Shown: positions 22,344-33,651 of the stretch, piece by piece
How the letters are laid out: each line of letters opens with the position of its first letter
Numbering within the stretch: the first letter of the stretch is position 1
Origin: Pelomyxa schiedti
Lineage: Eukaryota; Protista; Evosea
Assembly: GCA_020536535.1 (NCBI GenBank)
Contig: JAHLWZ010000882.1
Span: 1-61,341 of the forward strand
DNA: 61,341 bases
Reading direction: 5' to 3'
The notes under the pieces: model-generated
Database searches by the model: none
Told to the model about the DNA's origin: nothing
Seen by the model: the letters and a program-made list of their open reading frames with translations, nothing else
Position numbers and translations under genes: made by a program

Positions 22344-24566
22344 ATGCATTACGGCGGTTCGTCGTCATCGGCGTCCTCTGACGACGACAGGGGACATCAT
22401 CACGTTCACACATCGACCCCAAAGGCCCGAAGATCCACAAAGGCGTCCCACAATTCCTCTGGGGCCACAGCCACCGCGGCCAACACCGTCTCCACCGCGC
22501 CCGTGATCCGCTCTATCTCGATCGTCGCGGCCCCCACTTCGTCCACGACCACCGCGGCCACCACGTCGTCGCCTCGCGCCGCGAAGTCGCGAGGAGGCGT
22601 TCGCGGAAACGGCGCCGAATCTGATAGCGACAGCACAAACAGCAGTTTGGCAAACATGGCAGCAATGAGGGTGACTCCTACTGGATTAGGAAATTCTGCT
22701 CGATTGTCGTGCGTTTTAAGGAAAAACCACTATAGGCGTTGACTGTGATATATCTATATTTTCCAGTTTTACTCGCACTTTATGTGCCTTATAAAATTTG
22801 CCAGCTTGATTTATTTCTTTTGCTGAAACTAAGCCCATTTTCATTGCTTTAACAAATAAATTATTAGATCAACTCAGAAGGTGCCGAGAGCTAAACCTAG
22901 TAGTGGTAGCGATGTAGAAGGTAGGATTTAATCTTTTCCTTGTACTTTTCCTTTAAGCTCATTTTCTAAACTGATGTTACCACCACAGAACACACCGCTA
23001 AACCTAGCCTGGGTACACCGGTTTCGAGGTCCATAACCATCAAAAGTGTACCTGCTACACAGCTCGAGGATACACCATCGAATTCTCGAAGAAAAAGCAG
23101 TAGTGACGAATCAAATAGTGATGACTACATCGTCAAACCTGCCTCCCATCATCACCGGCATCATCACCACCCTACAGAGAAAATGGCAATGACAAATGAC
23201 ACCGAGGGACAAACTGACACATCCACACACAAAACACCCATGACCTCTGCAGAACTTGCTCTAGAACGTAGTGGAATTACTTCAACTTTTGATCCATCAT
23301 CAGCCTCTACCACTGCCCTTACCACCACACAACCATTTATGCCACCTGTAAGCACTTCAGAAAATCCATATATTACCATGCCTGGTGTCTACTTGGTAAA
23401 TGGCCTGATACCTATTGACAAAATGACCAAGTTTGCGCACACCCCAATCTCAAGACTGCAGTGCAAGGTTCAGCGCATCAAGAAGGGCTTAGGGGCATAC
23501 CCTTGCTATCTGGTCTCTTTCCCCTCCCGCTTCTTCCTGTTAATATATCGCAGATGTTTGTGCAAGATACCAACCAGTTCCTACTTTCAGTTTAGACCAC
23601 TTTTCTTTTCCGTAAGTTAATTAATTAATTCTACCAGGCTAGGAAAAGAAAGCGTTCGAAATCATCTAATTACCTCATATCCACGGACCCTGCGGACTTA
23701 GCTAGACTCTCTGGGAAATATGTGGGGAAAGTTAGGTATCATTAAGTGGGCATTTCCTACCTCTTCTAACGGAAACACAAGATCCAACTTTATGGGAACG
23801 GAATTTAATGGTACGAAAGTGTCAATAAGTAAAATTGAGCAACTGATTTCTTTTAGTATATGACTCTGGTGATAATCCAAAGCACCACACCTCTTCGCCT
23901 CGATCTGAATTAGCTGCTATAACATATGTGCAAAAAGCCTTCCCCCACTCACGTAGTTTCTAATCCTTCTCATTGTTTAAACCAAAAAAAAAAAAAACTT
24001 CAACAACAACAGGGCTTGAATCCATTAGGCGTTGGTGGTCCTAGGAGATTATCAGTTCTAATCCCAAAATTGAATGAGCATGGCCAAATGGTGGAAAATA
24101 CACCTCTTACAAGGCACACGACACTTTTTCAGAAATTCAAAGATGGTGCAATCGATAATATGAAGATACTGCAAAATAAATTGCCTCACTGGGATGAGGG
24201 TGAGAATTCCATTAACTTTTCCCAATTACTTATCATCTTCCACAGCCAAACAACAATTTACACTCGACTTCCAGGGCCGTGTATCCCTCCCCTCTGTTCG
24301 AAATTTCCAACTCACTGAAGCCCAATCCATTGATGATCCAACAGGTCCGGTTTCTCTCTCTTTAACTTACTGTGGTTTTATTTTTTGTTTTCCAAATGAA
24401 CTCTTTTACTAATCACCGTGCCACAGTAGCAGCGCCACCTGTTCTGTTGCAATTTGGAAGAGTTGCTAAACACACCTTTACACTTGACTTCCAATACCCC
24501 CTGACTCCCTGTCAGGCTTTGGGAATAGCACTCACAGCGTTTGATCTAAAGTGGGCAGTAGAGTAG
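22344..24566 (+). CDS. Tubby-like protein, multi-exon
   Basis: [60 protein letters not shown] and [33 protein letters not shown] match the tubby domain. Confidence 0.92.
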
Positions 24567-24699
24567 AAATCACCCATCACCCTGTTAATACATAGGTCTT
24601 TTAAAACAAATACCACTTTAAAATCTTATTTTTTTTTACACGAGGCTCTGTTAGCAGACTAGCCATTCTCTCCAACAAAAAGTCAAATTTTGCCGCGGA

Positions 24700-24813
24700 A
24701 AATTTTGCTCCCAGAGGAGTATCCGCAGTCTTGTTGTTAACAATTGCCCTGTATGTTTCGTAGTAACTCACGGCAACAACAAGACTGCGGATACTCCTCT
24801 GGGAGCAAAATTT
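24700..24813. repeat. Perfect inverted repeat with 39-bp arms (24700-24738 / 24775-24813) and a 36-nt loop
   Basis: aaattttgctcccagaggagtatccgcagtcttgttgtt is the exact reverse complement of aacaacaagactgcggatactcctctgggagcaaaattt. Confidence 0.97.
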
Positions 24814-24877
24814 GACTGTTTAAGCGCCAAAAAAAGAAAAAATAAGTAAAAGAAAAAAGAGAGAAGGGGGCACCGGA

Positions 24878-24985
24878 TTTGGGGGAGTGCAGTGCATTTG
24901 GAGCGGTGCAGTTTGGAGCATTTGGAGCGGTGTCATCAGTTTGGGTGCATTTGGGAGCCATATTTTGGGAGCATTTGGTAGTGGT
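24878..24985. repeat. Degenerate tandem repeat of gca/gtttgg(g)agc(ggt) units
   Basis: gcatttggagcggtg, gtttggagc, atttggagcggtg, gcatttgggagc and ttttgggagc recur within about 100 bp. Confidence 0.75.
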
Positions 24986-24999
24986 AGTATATAGTGGGA

Positions 25000-27000
25000 G
25001 AGTGGTGTATTGCATTGTATTGCAAACCTGATATTCCAGGCGAAGGAAAAGTTATTAATTGCCTCGTGCTCAGCACCACCCTAGGGAAAATTAAGAAAAA
25101 AAAACAGTGTTGGTTGACTGGTTTGTTTTTCCTCCCATGGCTTTTAGGTCTACCAGGTTGGTCTACGGTGTATTCGTGGTGGTTCGGCTCTGAAACGACA
25201 TCAACACCCGAAACACTGTTCCATCAAAAACCCACAACGTTCGGAGGCTATCAGGTACTGGGGAACCCCATAGTGCTCCTGAAAACAAAGAGTGTGCCTG
25301 AATGATCCGAGGTGGTTGGTGGTAGAACAAGGATATTTTACTATGATTCTGTCAAAGTTGGTAGAATCGTTCATCTTACTGAGGCCGAATCTGGGTTCCT
25401 TATTGAACCATCCCTCTGACATGTGACCCTGCAATGTGGCGGAAGATGCTGGTTGACGTGAATGCTGGTATTTGGAAAGCAAGCCCTTTGTGCCGCCTGT
25501 ACCAAACACCTAAGTCTCAGAGAAATAGTGACACTTTTCTTGCATCTCTGAGATCATGAACCTTGTGATGTTAAGCATTTTATTTCCAGTGACAGCTGTT
25601 TTATACCTGGCAAAGTGGACCTGAGCTTTTGTTGTGGCTATTAGAGACCAGTGCATCATTCATCCAGCGGTAGAAGGGCTAGTCACTTAGGCAGCTGCTC
25701 TCTGTTGTGTACAGTGTAAGCAGTGCAGTTGACGTCCACTACTGTAACAGGTCCCACAAATGATTCACCCTATCGTTTTTGTGTTATTCCGCACAAGGGT
25801 AGAAAAGGGCAGTAAGTGCTTTTGGGTCATACCGCGACATGAGCGAGATGATAGGAATAGCTCCTCTGTTACCGGGGCGCACCACTTCTTGAAGTAGCTT
25901 GAAGAACGCTTCCGCGGAGTTACAGCAGTCACGGCTAACTAGTTTTTAATTCTGATAGAGACCGTTGCTAAACTTTCAACCTGTTCCGGGTGACTTCGGT
26001 CTCAATCAATGGCACTTGATACATCTGTTCATTGTGTGAATTCATCTCCAGGGCCGATCACCTTCAACGAGTCCCGTTGTAATCCCATCACTCATTTCAT
26101 CCAGGATTTGATTCAAGCCATTCTTACCTGGTGCAGTGCTGTCAGTTTCTGAAAAATGTGACAGTCCAACTCGATTTGTTACTGAAGTGACACTGGCAGA
26201 GGTATGTGTTTGTGGTTTCGTTTCCTCCACCTCAAAGACAGGGCCAACATCTGCGAACCAGTCAAATCCCAGAACCAAGGGATGTAAGCTCATGTGCAAC
26301 TTCTCAGTCCAATTACTGCGCAAAACATAATTTCAAAACTTACTGTTAAATTGGTAACAGTAAGTTTTAACGCTATCCTACAAGCAATTACTGACGGAGA
26401 ATGTGGGGGTAAGCGTTACCAACAACAGGCCGGGTAACTTTGTCAACACCAATACCAACCTCATAAATCTAGCGCTGTACTTCGAAGTGTGTCAATGAGA
26501 AAGCAATACTGGCCGGGTACTCCACGCCGCTTGAAATTAAGGTTAAATTGAACGGTGAAAACTCCGTGAAATTGGACCCATCAACAAAAAAGAAACAAAA
26601 AATTTGGGTGCCAGTTGTGAGCAGCCACACGTGCGACACCACCTCGTGGTTGGGGAAAAAAAACCCAACCACGAGCTACGTCGTGGTTTTAACGGCTAGA
26701 ACAACGTCATGCAAATTGGGCGGACACGATCTCGAAAAAAAAAGGGGTATGTACACGTGTTTCCTCTCTGGAAATCACTTCGTATTTGTCGACACTCCAC
26801 CCCATTTGGTGTTAACAAATCGAATGATTGACGCCGGTGTGAGCGGAACACCCACCGGTGGGACACAACAACAGCAGACAAAAACAACATGGAACTCTAA
26901 AGGTTGGTTGGACACAGGGAACAACAACGGTGTAAAATCCCTTTGGTGCGCGGTGAAGGCGCGCCTGGGAGATTCCAATTCCGAGTAGCGCCATCACCAT
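25000..27000. other. Unresolved region with exon-like fragments and splice signals but no consistent reading frame (possible pseudogene or decayed element)
   Basis: Minus-strand pieces such as NWTEKLHMSLHPLVLGFDWFADVGP and VSRDCCNSAEAFFKLLQEVVRPG are separated by stops. I did not recognise the family. Confidence 0.3.
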
Positions 27001-27268
27001 CAAAAAAACCGGTCTAAAAATACATTTTGTTTTGGGGTTGGAAACATTACGTCACCTTCCCCGTAATTGCACACCCGACCCACAATTTTTGTTTAAACTC
27101 GAGTTTATAAGGTTGCCGGTTTGCGGACTGAAAAAACAAAACAATTATAAAAAGTAAAAGATCTACGCCGAGGCACCACGACATTTTGGTTATTTTTTCC
27201 CTATTGTGGACTACATACACAACAACCAACGGCTGTTTGTCGCTTCTCCGGCAGTTTTTTCCTCCACC

Positions 27269-29553
27269 ATGTTGGACGTAGAGTTGGAACCGGAGTACAT
27301 GGAGAACATGAACTCCGTGGACGGTGCTGATTGTTGCCCCCGTTCGACGGAAAACGGCGGTGTTGAAGAGTCACCCTCGTCGTCGGAAACGGCTTCACCA
27401 AAGTCTCCTTTCCCGCTCTCTCCGCGGACTGTTACGAGATTGGTGGTTGTGGGTAGAAAAGGAATACTTCCTGCGACACCAGTTCTCTCCAACAAAGTAG
27501 TACTTGTACCTTTCATTCAAGGTGTATTTCCCCTAATCTTTCCTCTACACAGCACTGTCCTCCCCTAAATATAATATCTGGGGGCACCCCTCTTTCTCCA
27601 CTGCCTGTCTCAACTACAATCACCACGACAACCGCTTCTACCTCAAAAAATACACAAAGTAGCACCGAGGTACTTTACTCACTCAAAAAAAATCCCGTTG
27701 AACTCCCTCAAGAGAGTTATGGCTCGTTTGCAGCGTGCTCTCCGTAGAATGATGCGGACTCCAGAAGCACTTCCATTTTGCCGACCGGTTGATCCCGTTG
27801 CTTTACACATTCCAGACTATTTCGATATAATAAAGAACCCAATGGATTTGGGTACCGTAATGGTATGAGACCCAAAGGATGTTCTTCCTCTTAACCAAGC
27901 ACAGGATAAAGCTAAAAACGGGGAGCTCACAGCAGCGGATGATTTTGCCAAGCATATGCGGCTTGTATTCTCCAATGCTATGCTCTACAATCCGGTCGGG
28001 CACCCTATTCACATGTGCGATCCTCCCTTCTTCCCGTACTTGTCTTAGACTTACAGATACGCGAAAAACTTAGCGAATCAGTTCGAGAGAGATTATGCTC
28101 GCATAACTCTGCCCAAAAAACCTCACACTACAAGATCGACCTATCACCAAACGGATTACAATGCCTCGAAGTCTATTCAACCTTCTTCTTTGGTCAAAGG
28201 CGATGACGACGACTCGGACGACGGAGATGGAGACGTAAAAGATGAAGACTACCAGGACACGGAACCTCGTCGCAAGTACTTAAACACCCTTTACTGATCC
28301 TAGACTTACCAGAAAATAGAAAGCACAAAGAGACAAGAGGCCGTCCACGTAGTGAAAGCCACAAGGCGAAGAAAATTGCCTCCTCACGTAATACCTTGGG
28401 TCATCCAAGTTCTGAGCACCCGAGGGGTAGTACCCAGTCTCGCACATCGCATCCGCCTGTTGATGGTCACGTCAATGGGCCCAAACCTACCGAGCCAGTG
28501 TCAAACACGCTTGTAGAACTACGGAAGGCGATGTCTTCTCTTCAGCACGAAATCGAATCACTCCGAACCCAACAAAATCCCCAACCTGGTCTTCGAGGAA
28601 ACTCTGGGACCCCGAGTCCGTCCGACAGTGGCCCTAGTGGGAACAACAATCATTCTCGACCAAAAGACAGCAAGCACTCCAGAAGACCAACGCGCCCACG
28701 GATTAATACACATCCCATGTCTCTGCAGGAGAAACAAAAACTGGGTGAGAACATCAAGTCTTTGCCTGTGGACAAACTTGGGCAAGTTGTCAACATCATC
28801 CAAGAGCGTGCGCCGCTAAAAACCCAAAGTGACGGTGCTGAGTTTGAGATAGATTTGGAGATTTTAGACAATGGTATCTCTTCCACACGCTTTTACTATC
28901 TGCATAACATTTCCCTAGCCACTTTGCGAGCCCTTGAGAGTTATGTTCTTAGTGTGTCACCTAATCCCACCGTACGCAGTACCAGCCGGAAGCGCTCACA
29001 GCCCTCCAAATCCCTAAGTGCTGCGCGAATACTAGAACAAGCACAGGCAACTGCTATCGATACAAGACAACAAATACTTGATGTGGAAAGACAACTAGGC
29101 GAGTTAGAGGAAAGGATGGGCTCACGCCGCAAACAACCCGGTGAAGTGAAGAAACCTAGAACGAGTAATGACCCTCAAGCAACCCAAGCTGTTCCTGCTG
29201 TGACTTCTCCTCAGTCTCCATCCGCAGAACTAATGGCAATACCGAAAGTGGAAACCGATAGCAGTGAAAACGCAGTTCAACACACGGGGACAGTAACATC
29301 AGGCAAACAACCGAGTTCTAACAACCTGTCGCCGCCAAATGAAATAGGACCTTCGTTCATTCCCCCAAAGGGAACTGGGGACGGGGCCTGTGCAGTACCA
29401 TCTTTGGCGAACACACTGAGCCCGGAAAACATCAACCCCAACACCGCTTCAGTTTCAGACTCTGAGTCGTCCAGTGACTTCTTCAGCAGCTCCAGCGATT
29501 CAGAGGTAGGTTCCCCCCCCTTATACCTTACGCCATTATACTATTATGTATAG
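27269..29553 (+). CDS. Single-bromodomain + extra-terminal (ET) domain protein (GTE/BET-like), multi-exon; 3' end uncertain
   Basis: [43 protein letters not shown] (bromodomain). [37 protein letters not shown] (ET). Confidence 0.92.
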
Positions 29554-30011
29554 ATATAATAAACAGGATGGGAAAGAGATAGGGATGTACTTGTATTTGC
29601 ACAAACAGAAAAAAAAAACAATCATGCACTACCGAACTTTTCCTGTCTTTTAATTTTCTTTTTTCCCATGTTAAAAGACCGAGGCACCTCACAGCTGCCT
29701 TTGATACATTCTTCTCTGTTTTGGGAGAGATTTTGTGTTGATAAAAAAGAAAAAAAAAAGTGTATGCCTATTGTTTTTTTACAACAAGCTTCTCTTTTTT
29801 CTTTCACTTCCTCGTGTTTGCTTCTGCGCCATCACTAGAAAGATCTGCCCGTCTTTTTTTTTTCCGGGTTGTTGTTATTCACAGTAATTCCCTGCGTAGG
29901 CGAAACGGAAAACAAAAATAATCAAAAACCAAGGGGATCTGGTGGCTCGTTTGTGTGCGGGGCGTGTTGTAGCGTGGTACACGGAGATTAAAACCTGTTG
30001 AATACTGTCAA

Positions 30012-32732
30012 ATGGCAACCACTCCAGTCGTCCCAACACTCGTGCTTACATCTGTGTCAACTAATTCACCACCACCTTCACCTGGGTATTTGTTGCCAAT
30101 CTACGAACCACAAACCACAATGACACGCACTTCTTTCAGTGACTTCTTGTGCATTAATTATTCCCTACGTTTTTTTCTTTTCTTTTCTTTTCCCCTAGTG
30201 GACACCCTGATAGCCACCTCTCAGCATCGATTCCAACATCTTTTTTGACACCACAGGCATCAAGGGAAAGATCAAAAACTCTTGCTGTTGGAACCGACAA
30301 CGCTGATGGTAGGTCAAGGTTTATGAGCTACTCCTCCAGTGCTCCAAGGACTATTCCAACTGAATATTTGGCGTTGAGCCTTAAACTCACACAGGAAGGT
30401 ATCTTATTTGAGACCCCTAGTTACACAACAAATCCACTTGTAGAGGAATTGAACGGAATCGGTGAGTGGGCAGCTAGAATTGAAGATCGCGCGAATCTCG
30501 CACAAATGATGGCAAGAAGAAGGAATATTGTCTGTGAACTTGGTTCTACTGAGCACACATATGTCGATCAACTCAATGCCTTGAACTCTGTGATTTCCTT
30601 ACTTGAATCTTTTGTTCCCTGACATCATCAAGTTCAAAGATACAGTTACCCAGCAACACATACTCACCAGTGAAGAAATTGATAATATTTTCTCAGTAGT
30701 TACCTTTCTCGGTCAAGCTCACACTAAGTATGCAAGTCTGCTCTTCGTTTTCTTGTTAATTGAACTCAGACTCTATAATTCAATGCGGGCTCGAATGGGC
30801 TCCTGGACATGCAATTCCGCCATCGGGGACATATTTGTTAATGAAGTTAAATTCTTCATATTATACAGTCACTATTTCAACAAATATGGTGTCTCAATTG
30901 CAACTCTTCTTTCATGTAAAGAGAAGTATCCCGCATTTTTAAAGCTCCTTTCAGTGTGCATATCTCCATAACAAAAAGTTTATTAAAACAATTAAGAAAA
31001 CGGAGTTCTCAAGTTTATTTTGTGGACTTGACATGTACTCTCTGCTTATTGTTCCTATCCAGAGAATTCCCCGTTGTATGCAGATTACTAAATGGTGTTA
31101 TCTTATAATTCTAGATCTTTTACTCCTGAAGCAACTAGAAGAGCATACACCAGCTGGTTTCCCCTCCCTTTTTTTATTTTTATTGTTTCCTCTTATTCTG
31201 CCTAACCTAGAACACCCTGACAAGGCCTTCTTGCTTGAGGCTCTGGAATTCACATCCAGCACAATGACTACTCTTAATAAAAAAAAGGAGGAAGCAGAAG
31301 CTACAACAGAGATCCTCCAAGTCCAGAGGAAAATAACAGATTTCAAAACCTGTCTGAATTATGATCCAGCCAGAAGGTTCACTCGGTGACCTAACAACAA
31401 AATCCCACTTACATGTTTTGTTACATTCAGATATCTGACTTCGACAGAGCTGTCTGTCAACGGGAACAAGAGAACAATCTTCCTCTTCAACGATCTTGTT
31501 CTGATAACAAAAAAAACCAGTGCTACCCCGGAACTGTACAGATTCAAAGGACAAATGCTACTGGAGATATGTACTGTGCATGATGTCACCGGGAAGGTGA
31601 AATAACTCAATGTTTTGATATGATCTAATTGCAGGACAGCCTAGTCAATTCCTTCTCCAAAATCCTGAAGTGTCCCTGACCTTCAAACTCAAGACAGATG
31701 AAGAAGCCACCAAATGGAAAGATCTACTTCGTGAGGGTGTACAATATGCCAACAATAAGCTCCTCACTGCAACTTTTTCTGGGGTCTGTTTTTTATCTTT
31801 TTTTATTTTTTTGCCTTAGTAACATAAAAAAACACCAAATTCTTACAACCAGGAGCAATATGAAGCTAATGCATTTGATCGACGGACTAATGGCGAGTTT
31901 GTGAAGAAACGGTTGGATCTCGTGTCTGGTCTACAGAATACGTCAAAGCAACAGGAAGAACAAACAACGCAGCTGCTGAATGTTCACGTTCTTTTGGAGT
32001 ATGTTGGATGCTGATAGTTTTCCAGGCTTTTGTTGCTCCACTACTCAAATCTACGGATAATACCTCTAGCAGTCTGAACAAAGCCACAATGCAAGGCTTG
32101 TTTGATGTAACACAGCAACTCCTTTCCCATTACCACAGGTTTGTTCCACATTTCTACTTTAACTGAGATCTCTGTTCAGTGTAGCAACAGGCTTGGAAAA
32201 ACGCCTGACCCAGCCACTTTTGTGGAGTGACACAATAAGTGATATCTTGAATCTACCTCAACTGGAGACACTACTCAAATCCTACATGCAACACAAAATC
32301 GAGTCTATGACTGCCATTGATGCAGCCAATAAAAACCCAGGCTTTGCTTACTGGGTTTTGGTATGTTAAAGTTTTCCTCCCAGTTTTGTAAGCGCGGTAA
32401 AGCTTGATTAACCGTTCTCCTCCAGGAGCTGGAAACAGCGGAGAAAAAAAGTCTCCCCCAAGTTCTGCAAAAGCCTTTGTGTGTAATATCTGATTTAATT
32501 TTGACCGTTGAGGTACCGACTCCCTCTTTATTCATGTTTACTGAGATCAACAAAGGAATTACTAGCAGTGACACCACACAAGAATGCCGATCACGACCAC
32601 CTTCACAAGAGACTAGCGGCTCTGCGTAAACTTGAACGCACTGTTTCCGAACAACTGGCACAACACGGCACAGCACCCACCTCAACCACAACAACAAAAA
32701 GCAAAAAGAGCCTCACGCCAAGGAGGCTGTAA
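30012..32732 (+). CDS. RhoGEF with DH-PH followed by a second DH-like domain, multi-exon
   Basis: RRNIVCELGSTEHTYVDQL, SLLIVPIQRIPR, LLLKQLEEHTP..HPD (DH). RTIFLFNDLVLITK (PH). A second DH-like end ..KELLAVTPHKNADHDHLHKRL. Confidence 0.82.
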
Positions 32733-32856
32733 TTCTGGCCTGTATGTATCTTGGTTCCCCACCAAAACAAAGAAACATAATGTAGCAGATGTACAAAACC
32801 AAAAAAAAACTTTTTTTAATTTATGTTCCTGTCTTTTTACAAGCAGGAAGGCAGCA

Positions 32857-33524
32857 TCAAACAAGTGTGGTGAAGAAGTCATCAATCAATTTGATAGCCT
32901 CAGTGACTTGAGTGTATTCGTGTGTAGTAATCTGAGGACAACCACTTATCATGGCCGAAACAAGCCTAAGTAAAGAATCATGAATCATTCACTCAAAACA
33001 ACATAATTCGAAGTACATTAGAATATTATATTGACAGAGGTGTAAGATTGGAACAAGGGATGACAGACCTATCTGGTTGAGGCCGGTATAGGGCCAATGT
33101 TGGTTTGTGTAGTGCCACAGCCTGGCCGAGTTCGAATCCCACCCCCAGCGATGGAAGGGTGACTTCAGCCACAACGCAATCACATTCCTCCAGCCAGTCC
33201 ATATCCCTTCGGTATATGGCCGTGTCTGTGGGACTATATAATGTCAAGAGTTACATGCGCCCGCCCTTTGTGTTTTTGGGATTCTCACTCACACTTCAAA
33301 CACAGAGGAGGAAAAAAAAAAAAAACCACAAAAAAACGCAACTGCTCAGGCTCGCCCTCTTTGGCAGTCAACAGGGGACTGGCCACGTGTGCTGTGAGCA
33401 CTGGGCCGTAGCGGCCCAAATGGGCCACCATCTGTTCGTAAATCGGCTGGTCTCCACGCCCGCCCCTGATGCTCCCACAAAAATACACCTTGTACTTTTT
33501 GGACGAAGCTACGCCTGACGCCAT
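32857..33524 (-). CDS. DNPH1: 2'-deoxynucleoside 5'-phosphate N-hydrolase 1 (DNPH1/RCL), 3 exons
   Basis: KVYFCGSIRGGR..DMDWLEECDCVVAEVTLPSLGVGFELG..LYRPQPDR-LVSAMISG closely follows the DNPH1 family pattern. Confidence 0.93.
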
Positions 33525-33651
33525 TGCGTGTCACCGTGGAAAGATTTTTAGAAAAGAAAGTTTCTAAATACAACCTGCGTTCATGGAAAGTTTGTAAAAA
33601 GGAAGACGATACAAGGGAGGTTTTTTGTTGCTTTTTATAATCACAAATTTA

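Noticed and set aside
24878-24985. Short repeats as a CRISPR-like array
   Set aside because: Units are about 9-15 nt, degenerate and lack unique 30-40 nt spacers; eukaryotic context with no cas genes.
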